Assembly (NCBI GenBank): GCA_963734635.1
Contig: CAVTIA010000013.1
Coordinates: forward strand, 108,488-172,487
Length of the DNA stretch: 64,000 bases
Direction of reading: 5' to 3'
Source of the DNA: an uncultured Acidobacteriota bacterium
GTDB lineage: Bacteria; Acidobacteriota; Vicinamibacteria; Vicinamibacterales; UBA2999
Shown: positions 8,602 through 19,979 of the stretch, in pieces
How the letters are laid out: every line of letters begins with the position of its first letter
Numbering within the stretch: position 1 is the first letter of the stretch
Notes under the pieces: model-generated
Seen by the model: only the letters and a program-made list of their open reading frames with translations
Told to the model about the DNA's origin: nothing
The model's database searches: none
Translations under genes and position numbers: made by a program

Positions 8602-10814
8602 GTGCGCCCTCCCTCTCCTGCGGCTGCGCTCGTCACAACGGTCTGCGCAGCGTTGCTCTTCGGGAGCGGCGCCTCGCTGCAGGGCCAGCGGTCGATGGCG
8701 GACCGCGTCGAGATCCGGCGCGACACTTTTGGCATCCCGCACATCCTGGCCGACGACGAGGAGGCGGCTGGCTTCGCCTTCGGGTACGCCATGGCTGAAG
8801 ACCATGCAGCGGAAATCGGCCGTCGCTATCTGCAGGCCCGCGGCGAGGCGGCCCGGCACTTCGGGCCTCGCGAGCTCGAAGCGGACGTCGCGATGCGCCG
8901 GCTCGATAACCGTGCGGCGGCGCGACGCGCGTTCGTCGAACAGACAGGGCGGCGCTTCCGGCGCTGGCTGCAGGGATTCGCGGATGGGATCAACCGGTAC
9001 GTGATGACGCATCGCGACGAGGTGCCGCCGTGGATGCCCGTCGTGGAGCCGTCCGATCCGCTGGCCTATGGACGCATGTTTGGTGTCCTCGCGGCGTTGC
9101 GGCCGCCTGCACGTCTTCTCCAAAAGTATCCTGCTGCGTCTCCAGTCCAGATGGTGCCGGACGTTGTCGATCCCGAGCGTCAGGGGAGTGGTGACGAACC
9201 AGGCTCGAACGCGCTGGCACTGTCGGGGACGAAGACGACTTCAGGCCGGCCGATTCTGCTCGGTAATCCCCACCTCGGTTGGTCGTCGCTGTACTGGGAG
9301 GCGCACGTGACGGTGCGGGACCGCGTCAATTTCTACGGTTCCACGCTCGTCGGCATCCCTGCACTGCGCGCCGGCTTCAACGATCGGGTCGGTTACGTAC
9401 AAACGAACAACGGGCCCGACCTTCAGGATATTTACGCGCTGTCGCTCGCGACCGGGCGGCCGGATGCATTTGTGCATGACGGGCGCGTCAAGCCGATCGA
9501 CCGGCGACGCGTAACGGTTGAAGTGAAGCAGGAAGACGGCTCTCTTGCTGCAGAGTCCCGCGAATACGAGACCACCGATCTCGGACCTGTGATCCACAAA
9601 ACGAACGACCGCGTGTTCGTCGTTCGTTCCGTCAACGTGGAGTGGCTGCGTCAGTACCGAGGGTTTCTTCGAGCTGATGTACGTCGACTCGCTGGACGAG
9701 TTCAGAAGCGTTCTCGGACGCGGGCTCACGGTGACGTCCAACTACACCTATGCCGATGTGGACGGAAACATCCAGTACATCTGGAACGCGCGGCTGCCTC
9801 GCCGGTCTCACGAGAGAGTTGACTATGGGCTCGACGTGCCAGGTGACACCGACCGCCTCTTCTGGAGGGGCGTTCACAGGCTTCGCGATCTGCCGTCGCT
9901 GCTCAACCCGCGTAGCGGCTACGTGCAGAATGCCAACAATCCTCCCTGGTGGACGTCGCTGCGCGACACCATCGATCCTGCTCGGTACCCCGCATATATC
10001 GAGCAGGGAGCGCTCTCGCTTCGCGCGCAGGTCGTTCTCGAGGCGCTCGATACCGCGCCCAGGCTGTCGCCTGACGATGTACGGCGCCTGAAGTTTTCGA
10101 GTCGGATGCGTGTAGCCGACCTGCTGCTGCCGGAACTGCTCGCCGCCGCGGCGTCGGTTGCCTCGCCGTCCGAGCAGCTTCGTGCAGGGACAGAAGTACC
10201 TAGCTCGTTGGGATCGTCAGGCGTCAGCTCGAAGTCCAGGTGCGGTACTGTTCGACCGTTTTCTCGAGCTTTACGAGGACGCCCAACCGCAGCCATTTGC
10301 CACGCCATGGCACGCCGATGCACCGATGGCCACGCCGCGAGGACTGGCGAATCCGTCCATCGCTCTGGCAGCACTCGAACAGGCGGTCGCGGATGTGCGG
10401 CGAGAGCACGGTGATGAGCGTGTCGAGTGGGGAGAGATTCACAGGTTCCGATTTGGCGACGTGGACCTTCCCGGCGACGGCGCGGCCGGCAGGTACGGAG
10501 TGTTTCGAGTGGTGACGTTCGGTACCGCCGGTGACGGGTCGCGTGTTGCCGGCCACGTCGGCGCGGATCAGCCGCTGGCGGGATTCGGGGACGCCTGGGT
10601 GTTGCTGGTGCACTTCACGCGCCCGACGATCACCGCATGGTCGGTGCTGGCGTACGGACAGACAACTGACCTCGAGTCGCCGCACAGCCGCGACCAGATT
10701 GGGCTGTTCGCGAATCACGAGCTTCGGCCCGTGTGGTTCACTGAAGATGCGATTGCGGCACACCTGGAGCGACGCTATCGGCCAGGCGGTACGGAGTCGC
10801 AAGCTACACGCTGA
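8602..10814 (+). CDS. Penicillin acylase family Ntn hydrolase (S45); frameshifts near 9658 and 10200
   Basis: IRRDTFGIPHI, catalytic GSN, LLGNPH, GYVQNANNPP, YGQ..D..SPH..DQ. Confidence 0.88.
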
Positions 10815-10824
10815 TACGGAAGTC

Positions 10825-11280
10825 ATGACGAACTTTCACGGTCGATATAGCAAGGACTTTCTTGCCGGGTGGCGCACCATGGATTTCAACGGGCACCTGG
10901 CGAATACGGCGTACCTGGACCTGGCCGCCGATACGCGGCTGGCGTTCTTCGCTGAACACGGTTTTCCGCCGAGCGAATTCCGCCGTCTCGCGATCGGTCC
11001 CGTCATACGCAAGGACGAGCTCGAGTACTTCCGGGAGGTTGGACTCCACGATACGGTCACGGTCACCTATGCTGTGCTGGCGATGAGCGCCGATGGCGCC
11101 AGGTTCAAATTCGAGAATGAGATCTGGCTGGCGTCTGGCGAGCGCGCTGCCACCGTCCGCTCGACCGGTGGTTGGCTCGACTTGCGCGCACGCAAGCTCG
11201 TCGCACCTCCCGCTGCACTGCTGAGTGCGTTGATACAGGTCCCTCGCAGCCCGGATTTCACTGAAATCTCGCGTGTCTAG
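10825..11280 (+). CDS. Acyl-CoA thioesterase (hotdog, 4HBT-like)
   Basis: W..MDFNGHLAN.AY, GGWLDL. Confidence 0.85.
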   Translation: MTNFHGRYSKDFLAGWRTMDFNGHLANTAYLDLAADTRLAFFAEHGFPPSEFRRLAIGPVIRKDELEYFREVGLHDTVTVTYAVLAMSADGARFKFENEIWLASGERAATVRSTGGWLDLRARKLVAPPAALLSALIQVPRSPDFTEISRV

Positions 11281-11286
11281 GGTGCC

Positions 11287-11326
11287 TAAAGCGCCTGGGG
11301 TGCCTAGATGCACCCCAGGCACTTTA
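11287..11326. repeat. GGTGCC-type nonamer hairpin, possible terminator
   Basis: TAAAG.GCCTGGGGTGC / GCACCCCAGGC.CTTTA. Confidence 0.65.
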
Positions 11327-11378
11327 TAGAGTGCTACGATTGGCGCCGACCGATTTACCGACGTCGAGAGGAGCTGTC

Positions 11379-12915
11379 ATGAAGAACCTGGTTGGAGGCG
11401 CGTCCATGGTGCTCCTTCTGGGAGCCGTCATGTCGGGGCAGTCTTCGAACGGCGGTACGGCGTGCGAGAGGTTGGCCACGCTCATGGTGCGGGCCGGCAC
11501 GATCACGCAGGCCGAAACAGTTGCAGCCGGAACGTTCGCGCCGCCTGGTGGTGAGGATGCCGGCGCATTTCGCACACTGCCTGGCTTCTGCCGCGTTGCG
11601 GCCACTCTGAAGCCGTCGAGCGATTCCGACATCAAGATCGAAGTGTGGCTGCCGCTCGCCGGCTGGAACGGGAAGTGGCAGGCGGTCGGCAACGGTGCCT
11701 TCAACGGCAATATCAACTACGGCGCGATGAGCGCGGCACTGAGACGGGGCTACGCCACCAGTTCCACCGACACCGGACACACCGGCGGCGGTGCAAACTG
11801 GGCGCTCGGACATCCGGAGAAGGTAGTGGACTTCGGATGGCGCGCGGTCCATGAAATGGCAGTCGCGTCCAAGCAGATTGTTGCGAGCCATTACGATCGC
11901 GCTCCCACGTTCTCGGTACTGGAACGGGTGCTCTGCCGGCGGACGTCAGGGGATGAAAGCCGCGCAGCGCTTCCCTGCGGATTTCGACGGCATTATTGCG
12001 GGCGCACCGGGGCTGGACTGGACTTCCCGTGCCGCACAAGCCGCGCGCGTGGCGAAAGTGCTCGAATCACGTGAGGGTGCCCGGCTCATGCCACCGCAGC
12101 GGCAGCTGCTTCATGCAGCCGTCCTCGGCGCGTGCGATGCTCTCGACGGTGTCAAGGACGGCCTCATCGAGAACCCGCAGCGCTGTTCGTTCGATCCGGG
12201 CGTACTCGAGTGCAAGGAGGGGGCAGGCGCGTCCTGCCTGACCAAAGCGCAGGTCGAGACCGCGCGCATGATGTACTCCAGCCCGATCAATCCAAAGACG
12301 AAACGCGTCATTACCGGCGTTGCGCCCGGCAGCGAGCTCGGCTGGACCGACCTGGGTTGGTCCGTCTCAGCAAGGGTCACTGCGCTCGATCAATTCCGCT
12401 ACATCGTGTCCGGCGACCCGAGCTGGACGATCCAGCAGTTCAACTTCGAGTCAGACATCGTTCGCGCCGAGGAGACCGATCGCGACACGATTAACGCACT
12501 CGACCCGAATCTCAAGCCCTTCATCGATCGCGGCGGGAAGCTGATTCAGTATCACGGCTGGAGCGATCCGCAGATTTCGCCGCTCAACAGCACCCAGTAC
12601 TACTCGCGCGTGGTGGACACGCTCGGTGGCGCGTCGAACGTCGATGGTTCGTACCGGCTGTTCATGGCGCCGGGCATGGCGCATTGCGGCGGCGGGGAAG
12701 GACCGAACACCTTCGACATGGTCGCCGCGCTCGAACAGTGGGTGGAGCATGGCCGCGTGCCCGATCGGATTCCTGCGTCCCATTCGACGAGCGGCGCTGT
12801 GGACCGGACGCGGCCGCTCTGTCCGTACCCCCAAGTGGCGGTGTACGCGGGGAAGGGCAGCATGGACGAGGCGGCGAATTTCGTCTGCAAGGCCGGCGAA
12901 GTTCCGCCTCGTTAG
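11379..12915 (+). CDS. Tannase/feruloyl esterase family hydrolase (frameshift near 11910)
   Basis: GCSAGG nucleophile motif, HGWSD, GMAHC (CS-D-HC), RTRPLCPYP. Confidence 0.92.
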
Positions 12916-12934
12916 AGTGGATTCGCAAACTCAC

Positions 12935-12984
12935 GGCGGGCCGTAATGGCCCGCCCTACGGTTAGCCGTGAAGGCCCACCCTAC
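12935..12984 (-). repeat. Two tandem 25-bp GTAG-type REPs
   Basis: Reverse complements GTAGGGCGGGCCATTACGGCCCGCC and GTAGGGTGGGCCTTCACGGCTAACC; the latter supplies the DUF6152 stop. Confidence 0.8.
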
Positions 12985-13397
12985 TTTACGACTGGACCTG
13001 AGTCGCCGCCTGGAGCGGAACCGCCGAGGAAGAGCCTTTTTCCGTCCGCGAGCGTGAAATTGCGGCCGACGCCTTTGTTCGTCCCGTCTCTCGCCAGATA
13101 ACCGTCGATCAGGAGCTCCATACCGGCCGAGAGGGTGTTCTTCGTCACGCCCAGTCGAATCAGCTGGTTCGGGCTGCCGCCTTCGACGAGCCAGCGGACT
13201 ACCTGGCCGTCCGGTCCCTTCACGTCGATGTGGAACCAGGAGTGCGGGTTGATCATCTCCCACTTCACCAGAGTGCCCTGGAGCTTCATCGGCTTGTTCA
13301 CGTCGAATTCCGCCGAGAAGGCGTGGTGCGCTCGAAGTGGCACAGCCGCGAGCACCAATCCGACGCCAGCAACGACGACCGCGCGCTTCGTGCTCAT
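12981..13397 (-). CDS. DUF6152 family secreted protein
   Basis: Signal peptide then AHHAFSAEFD, INPH, W.VEGGSPN.L.R.G. Confidence 0.85.
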   Translation of the reverse strand: MSTKRAVVVAGVGLVLAAVPLRAHHAFSAEFDVNKPMKLQGTLVKWEMINPHSWFHIDVKGPDGQVVRWLVEGGSPNQLIRLGVTKNTLSAGMELLIDGYLARDGTNKGVGRNFTLADGKRLFLGGSAPGGDSGPVVK

Positions 13398-13410
13398 TGC
13401 AGTTTCTCCT

Positions 13411-14415
13411 CTACTGCGACGATTTCCCTGCGGCCGCTTCCGCCCTCTTCTTGTCCTCGAGCCGCGCACCGGCGAGGGTGTTGGACAACCCGCGGTTGCC
13501 TTCATGACAGGCGTGCTCGAAGATTGGACCGATCGTCTTTTGCATGGGCAGCTCGGCCGACCAGGGCCGTGTCCATGTCGCTGGATCGTCGATCGTAAAT
13601 CTGTAGTCGATCCTGTCCTCGGCCACGCGCGTGAACCGTTCGGTCAGGCGCATGTTCTGACTTGATCCCTGAAACGCCGTCTTGTCGGTGAAATTCGTCG
13701 TCTCGACGACCAGGGTCTCGCCTTCCCAGCGGCCAATCGAGTTCCCCGTCAGGTTGCGGACGTGGGGCGGCAGATGTGGACGTCCATCGAGCGGGATAAT
13801 GCGAGGCTCGTGGATCATCTCAACGAGAATCATCACGTAACCCGGCCCCTGGATGATCTGATAGTTGTTGTTATAGGCGCCCGGCAGCATCGGCGGACCG
13901 GCGCGGTCCATGAGAATGCATCGCACGCTCAGGGATTGGTTCTGTGCAGCGTCGGTGGGGCCGCCCATGCGCTTTCTCGCTTCCGCCCGCGCCGCATTCC
14001 GTTTCTGTCCTTCTTCGGTCATCGGGGGGAGCTGCCCATTGGCCGGATCGAAGATGAGTGACGTCCGCAGGTTCAAAGCGAGTCCTCCCTGATTGCGGTC
14101 GAGCCCGAACTGCGTGAAGTCATAGTGCACGTCGGGAATCGTGCCAGGCTCTGTCTGCTCGCTTTCGAGAGCGGCGGCGGTCTTGAGGATTTCGAGCGCC
14201 TCCTCGCGCGTATAGAGCTCTTTGGTCACTTCCTTCGGCCGCTGAAGAGGCGTGTACGTCGTGTTCGTCCAGAAGCCCTGCAGATCAGGTTGACCGTCCG
14301 AGGTACGCGGCGCCCGGTAAGCGCGCGTCTGCGCGACTGCCAGCGACGTCGTCGCGCACAGGACCGCGACGACCACTATCCACCTGCCGGCGATGACGAC
14401 ATATCGATGGTTCAT
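13411..14415 (-). CDS. Secreted hypothetical protein, 'GRWEGxTLVV' family type B
   Basis: PRTSDGQPDLQGFW, RC, GRWEGETLVVETTNF, FEHACHEGN. Confidence 0.85.
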   Translation of the reverse strand: MNHRYVVIAGRWIVVVAVLCATTSLAVAQTRAYRAPRTSDGQPDLQGFWTNTTYTPLQRPKEVTKELYTREEALEILKTAAALESEQTEPGTIPDVHYDFTQFGLDRNQGGLALNLRTSLIFDPANGQLPPMTEEGQKRNAARAEARKRMGGPTDAAQNQSLSVRCILMDRAGPPMLPGAYNNNYQIIQGPGYVMILVEMIHEPRIIPLDGRPHLPPHVRNLTGNSIGRWEGETLVVETTNFTDKTAFQGSSQNMRLTERFTRVAEDRIDYRFTIDDPATWTRPWSAELPMQKTIGPIFEHACHEGNRGLSNTLAGARLEDKKRAEAAAGKSSQ

Positions 14416-14437
14416 GTCGAATCTCTCTTTCAGGCCA

Positions 14438-15250
14438 TCAGTTGCCAGGCTGCTTGCGGAGGTTACCGTAGATCAAGTCCTCGGCGAATTCCACGCACCG
14501 GAAGTCCAGGATCTGTGCGTTCTTCTCCATGCGCCTGTAGATGGGCATGCTGATCTTCCACGGTCGCGAAAAGACGTTCTTATCCTCAATGGTGGCTTCG
14601 TACAGGAGGTGATCGGGGCCCGTGGCGGTAAAGCGTTCGACCACGTGCAGAGCTTCGCTGTGAAAATTTCCGGCCCGGTCCAGCCACGCCATGCCGTTGA
14701 AGCCGGTCGTATCGACGACAAGCGTTTCGCCTTCCCAACGACCGTTCGACCATCCCATCCAACTGTCGGCGGGAGCTTCCTGGTGGTCGTCCATGTAGAT
14801 CGTGCGAACGGCGCGCGCGAACGTGTAGACCATCATGATGTATTTCGGAGTCTGAATGATCTGGAACGGATACGGCATGTAGTTCGCGCGCGGCACTCCA
14901 GGGAGATAGCACTTGGTCTCCGGGTCGAGCGTCAGCCGATTTTCGAAGTTCTTCTTTTTCTGCTCAGCCGCGGCCGGCAGGTAGGGGAGCTGGCCGCCCT
15001 CGACGATGCCTTGACCGGGGGGAATGGCACCGGCCGCACCGAGCGCTGGCACAGAGCTGGGCGCCGCCGCATGCGCTTCGATGTCCCAGTAGGCTTCGGT
15101 GAGGGCCTGCCAGATTCCGTTGAGATTGGGCTTGCCGTCCGATGTGCGCGGCGCTTTGTACGTCGTTTGGCCGACCGCTGCAGTGGCGGTCAACAGGACG
15201 GTCGCGATGGCGGCCGTTTGAGTCAGCGAACGTGTGAACCGGTCGAGCAT
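14438..15250 (-). CDS. Secreted hypothetical protein, 'GRWEGxTLVV' family type A
   Basis: DGKPNLNGIWQ, KCYLPGVPR, WLDRAGNFHS, FRCVEF. Confidence 0.85.
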   Translation of the reverse strand: MLDRFTRSLTQTAAIATVLLTATAAVGQTTYKAPRTSDGKPNLNGIWQALTEAYWDIEAHAAAPSSVPALGAAGAIPPGQGIVEGGQLPYLPAAAEQKKKNFENRLTLDPETKCYLPGVPRANYMPYPFQIIQTPKYIMMVYTFARAVRTIYMDDHQEAPADSWMGWSNGRWEGETLVVDTTGFNGMAWLDRAGNFHSEALHVVERFTATGPDHLLYEATIEDKNVFSRPWKISMPIYRRMEKNAQILDFRCVEFAEDLIYGNLRKQPGN

Positions 15251-15359
15251 GTGTGCATCTCTCGATGAAACGGCTCCTGGCAGCCCACGACGACCCGTTT
15301 GTTCCTGGCGGGGGTGATATTGAACGCCCCCGGCCTGCGAGTCAAGTCGGTCGGAATCG

Positions 15360-18081
15360 CTACCCGGTGTTCCGCATTCCGGCCGCGATCCCGTTGATCG
15401 TGACGAGCAGGGCCCGACCGAGGGTCTCGGCCTCCGGAGTATCCGCCCGATCGGCCGCACGAAGCGCTCGAAACCGCCGGAGCAATTCAACCTGTACAAG
15501 GTTGATCGGATCGACGTACGGGTTGCGGACGTCTATCGATCGGCGGAGCACGACGTTGTCCTCCAGCAGCCGCTGGTGTCCTGTGATGGCGCGGACGGTC
15601 TCGACCGCACGCTCGAGCCGCTCCCGCAGGGATCGGCCGAGCGGCTGCAGGTCCTGTGGAACCAGCAGGCGATCGTAGTAGGCCGCCACGCCGGCATCGG
15701 CCTTCGCGAGCGCCATTTCCGTCAGGTCGAGCGTCGATCGGAAGAACGGCCACCTCTGATACATCTCGCGATACAGCGCACGGTCGTCGTCGCTGAGCGC
15801 ATATCCGAGCAACTCCTCCGCGCCGAGCCATGATGCGAGCAGGAGGCGCGTCTGCGTCCATGCGAACTGCCATGGTATCGCGCGCAGGCCGGTCAGATCG
15901 CCGCCGCCGGCGCGCCGTGCGGGACGGCTGCCGATGTGCAACGCGTCCAGCTCCTCTACCGGCGTGGCTGCGAAGAAGTAGGCCGGGAAGCGTGGATCCT
16001 CGTAGGCGATTCTGCGAAACGCCATGCTCGAGGCGATCGAGAGGTGCTCCATGGCCTGGTGCCACAGGGGCTCTGTCGGCGCGGGCGTGGTGAGCGTCGC
16101 CTCGAGCGCTGCCGTCGTGTAGACCTCGAGCGTGCGGATGGCGATGCCGGGCAGCCCGAACTTCGCCTGGATCATCTCGCCCTGTTCGGTGACCCGCAAC
16201 GTGCCATCGACGGACCCGGGCGGTTGCGATTGGATCGCGCGGTACGTGGGGCCTCCGCCACGGCCGACGCTGCCTCCGCGGCCGTGAAACAGCGTGACCG
16301 GCACGCCGCCCGCACGGCACGCGTCGACAATTGCCACCTGGGTCTTATAGAGCTCCCAAGATGCGGCGAGCCGTCCGAGCTCCTTTGTCGAGTCCGAGTA
16401 GCCAATCATCACTTCCTGGCGGCCGAACTCGCGGATCATCCATTCTCGGTACCACGGCGTTGCGAGCAGCGTGCCGATGACGTCGCCGGCGCTGGCCAGG
16501 CCGCGCGCGGTCTCAAACAGCGGCACGACGCGAAGCGGTGGATGCACGCCCGCCTCCCGCTGCAGCAGCGCGACCGCCAGCACGTCGGAGGGGCGAGCTG
16601 CCATGCTGATCACGTACGCGCCGAGCGACTCGCTCGGAATCGCTGCAAGCATCCGGAATGTGTCGACGACGTCATTGACCGCCGGAGTTGCGTCGAGGCC
16701 GGGCGGTATCATCGGAGAGGCACCTGCAAGCGCACTCAGCAGGAACTCGACGCGCTCGTCCTCCGGCCACTCCTCGTACGACCCGCGGCCGAGCCTGCGC
16801 GTGATCGCATCAAGCGCCGCGGTGTGGCGGGCCGCTTCCTGGCGGATGTCGAGGCGCACCAGCGTAATACCGAATACTGCGAGGCGCCGCAGCACGTCAG
16901 CCAGCCGGCCTTCCGCGATGATGCCGTTGCCCGTTGCATGGAGCGAGCGATGGCAGACGAGCAGCGGTTCGGCCAGCGACGCGCGCGTCTCGTAGACGAG
17001 GTCTGGAGTCGGTTCCGCGCGGTACGGCTCGTCGCTGGCGTGCGAGAGCTGATCGCCCAACCACGCCCTCGTCGCCTCGAGACGATGCTGAACATCGCGG
17101 AGGAGCGCCCGGTATGGTTCGGGTCCTGGCCCTACCCGTGCACGCAGGGCGTCGTCGGCGTCGGTCATCGAGAGCTCGGCGCGCAACTCCTCGATTTCCT
17201 TTACGTATAGAGACGCCGCAGTCCAGCGCGTCATCAGGCATGCACGCCGCGTGATGTCTGGCGTGACGTTCGGGTTCCCGTCGCGATCGCCGCCTATCCA
17301 GGAACCGAACCGGACGGGCGCGGCGTCGAGCGGCAGCCCGTCGCCGGCTACCTGGTGCAGCACGCGATCGAGGCTCCGCATATAGCGAGGAAGCGCATCC
17401 CAGATGGTTTCCTCGAACACGGCCAGCATCGACGCGGACTTCTTCGAGCGGCGAAGGGCGTTCGCGCCGTACCTCCTCCGTCTCCCACGCGGCGGTGATT
17501 TCGCGACGTAGCGTCTCGAGCGTCATATCGCGTTCGAGCGGTGTGAGATCTGGCCGATCCCGCTCGGCGAGCGCTTCGGCGATGCGCCGGTATTTATGCT
17601 GCAGCGTGCGGCGCATGATTTCGGTTGGATGCGCGGTGAAGACCAGCTCCACCTGCAGCGAGATGACGGCGCGGCGCAACAAGGCAGGTTCGACTCCCGC
17701 CGCAGCCAACCGGGGAAGCGCCTCTGCGATCGACGCCGGCTGGGGAGGCGCGTGCCGATCGAGCTGATATGCCCGGCTTCGTCTGATGCGATGATGCTGC
17801 TCGGCGACGTTAGCGAGGTTCAGGAAGTGCGCAAACGCCCGTGCCACTGGCACGGCGGCCTCGACCGGCATGCTCGCCAGTTCGGCGCTGAGCGCGTCGA
17901 AATCGTCGGCGTCGCCTGCGCCGGTCCCGTCGCGCCGGCGCGTCTTGGCGAGAGCCCTCACAGATTCGACGCGATCGAAGAGCGCCGGTCCCTCCTGCTG
18001 TCGGAGCGTCTCCCCCAGCAGTTCGCCCAGTAGTCGCACGTCGTCGCGGAGCGGCTTGTGCGGATCGGAGCTCGCGGGCAT
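15360..18081 (-). CDS. ppc: Phosphoenolpyruvate carboxylase (frameshift near 17430)
   Basis: VFTAHPT, GSWIGGDRDGNP, MIGYSDS, FHGRGG..GRGG, LRAIPW, terminal MRNTG. Confidence 0.95.
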
Positions 18082-18166
18082 CGCACTATAATTCTCCACC
18101 GCGCCTGATGCCGATCCGCCGCGCCATATTCGTAGGATCGGCCGGCAGACTTGCCGATGGCCGTAA

Positions 18167-18598
18167 ATGACACCCCAGCGAAAATCTGAATATCGGCTTC
18201 GCCGCCGAGTCCATTTTCACGAGGCAGATCCGGCCGGAATCGTCCACTTCAGCTGGTTCTTCCGCTACATGGAGGAAGCCGAACACGCGTTGTGGCGTGA
18301 AGTCGGCCTCAGCATCGCGCCGCCCGGCGCCGAGATCGCGTTTCCGCGGGTCTCCACATCGTTCGAGTACCATCACCCGCTTCGCTTCGACGAAGAGTTC
18401 GACGTCCACATCCGTATTGTGGCGATTTCGCAGAAGTCGATCCGTTACTCCTGCGTGGTCATGCGCGACGACACACGCATTGCGACCGGCGCCCTTACCG
18501 TGGTGTGCGTGACGGCAAGGCCCGGCGAGCCGATGAAAGCGATTCGCATTCCCGAGGAGATCGTCTCCCGCTTCGCAGTTGCGGCGGAGGCGACATAA
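18167..18598 (+). CDS. Acyl-CoA thioesterase (YbgC/4HBT-like)
   Basis: RRVHF.EADPAGIVHFS.FFRYMEEAEH. Confidence 0.88.
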   Translation: MTPQRKSEYRLRRRVHFHEADPAGIVHFSWFFRYMEEAEHALWREVGLSIAPPGAEIAFPRVSTSFEYHHPLRFDEEFDVHIRIVAISQKSIRYSCVVMRDDTRIATGALTVVCVTARPGEPMKAIRIPEEIVSRFAVAAEAT

Positions 18599-18603
18599 GC
18601 CAC

Positions 18604-19275
18604 GTGTGCTGCGCCTGCCGGCGCCCGTTCGGATCTGTCGCCGAACAGATGTTCGATGCCCGGGTCGCATCGCGGGAACTGCGCCGGTTTCGGCGTAGCG
18701 GCCCTCGTCGGACGACGCGCGACCTTTGCGAAGGTGTTTGCCTGCATTGTGCCGGAGCGTCAACGGTCCTCGATATCGGTCCAGGGATCGGCGCACTGAC
18801 GTTCGAGCTCCTCGAGGCTGGGGTTCAGCATGCCACCGCCGTCGATGCGTCCTCGGCGTTTCTCGACGCCGCTCGCGAGGAGGCTGCGCGGCGGGGTGTC
18901 GCGCATCGCATAGAGTGGCGTCACGGTGACTTTGTTGCGGTGGCGGAAGGTCTGCCGGTCGCCGACATCGTCACTCTCGATCGTGTGGTGTGCTGCTATC
19001 CCGCGATTGAGGAGCTGCTCACCGAATCGGCGTCCCACGCGCGCCGGTGCCTGGCCATCTCATATCCGCTCGGGCATCTTCACATTCGCGCCGTCATCGC
19101 TACCCAGAACTTCGCGCGGCGGCTCACGGGTAACGACTTCGAGGTGTTCGTGCACCCGGTCAGCAGGATGGAGGAGATCGTTCGTCGCGCCGGATTCGCT
19201 CTGGCGCGCCGGCGCGGGAGATGGGTGTGGGGCGCAGATATCTACATCCGAGAAGGCATCGCGCCGAAAAGGTAA
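18604..19275 (+). CDS. Class I SAM-dependent methyltransferase (BchM-like)
   Basis: VLDIGPGIG, DIVTLDRVVCCYP; start uncertain. Confidence 0.82.
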   Translation: MCCACRRPFGSVAEQMFDARVASRELRRFRRSGPRRTTRDLCEGVCLHCAGASTVLDIGPGIGALTFELLEAGVQHATAVDASSAFLDAAREEAARRGVAHRIEWRHGDFVAVAEGLPVADIVTLDRVVCCYPAIEELLTESASHARRCLAISYPLGHLHIRAVIATQNFARRLTGNDFEVFVHPVSRMEEIVRRAGFALARRRGRWVWGADIYIREGIAPKR

Positions 19276-19279
19276 ACGA

Positions 19280-19834
19280 ATGGACTGCTTCACTCACGCA
19301 CGCACACCGGCCGTCGGGCTATGCGCCCTCTGTCAGAAAGCCGTGTGTCGCGACTGTGTCGGGCGCGACACCCCCCGCGTTCTTTGCCGGTCGTGCCTGG
19401 AGCAAAGATCGATTCTGGGATACGAGTATCGGTCGAGCACGACGGTCGCTGGATGGCCCCTCATCCATGTTTGCGCAGGTGTTGATCCTGTGACGATGCG
19501 ACCTAGAGTGGCGAAGGGTGTCATCGCCATTGGCAACGTCGCCGTGGGTGGCATTGCGGTCGCGGGAGTGTCGTGTGGTCTCGTTTCCGTCGGGGGCCTT
19601 TCACTCGGGCTGATATTCGCGTTGGGCGGTGCGGCCCTTGGGCTTGGATTCTCGCTCGGCGGCCTCGCAGTCGGGTCCGTTGCGGTGGGAGGCGCGGCCA
19701 TCGGACTTACGTATGCCGTTGGCGGCGGTGCGTTCGCCCCTGCCATCATCGACGGGGTGCGGTGCGATCCCGAAGTCGCCGAATTCGTGCGTCGATGGCT
19801 CGGCTCTGGAATCCTGCCACCCAGCTGTCTTTAA
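19280..19834 (+). CDS. Membrane protein with N-terminal Cys/His zinc finger and Gly-rich helices
   Basis: C..H...C..C...C..C...C..C; GWPLIHV, AKGVIAIGNVAVG. Confidence 0.75.
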   Translation: MDCFTHARTPAVGLCALCQKAVCRDCVGRDTPRVLCRSCLEQRSILGYEYRSSTTVAGWPLIHVCAGVDPVTMRPRVAKGVIAIGNVAVGGIAVAGVSCGLVSVGGLSLGLIFALGGAALGLGFSLGGLAVGSVAVGGAAIGLTYAVGGGAFAPAIIDGVRCDPEVAEFVRRWLGSGILPPSCL

Positions 19835-19849
19835 CGTGGTCGGGTGCGT

Positions 19850-19873
19850 GGTCCGGCTAAAGCCGGACACTAC
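19850..19873 (-). repeat. GTAG REP (GTAGTGTCCGG type)
   Basis: GGTCCGGCTAAAGCCGGACACTAC; near-identical to 34781 and 41022. Confidence 0.85.
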
Positions 19874-19979
19874 GTAACGAGGCGCGGGTCCCGCGCTGGA
19901 TGCTCGGGGCTGGCGGCAATCGGCAAGAGCAACATACTCCCAACAGTGCTACGATTTTGCCCACTCGAGGAGGTCTCTC

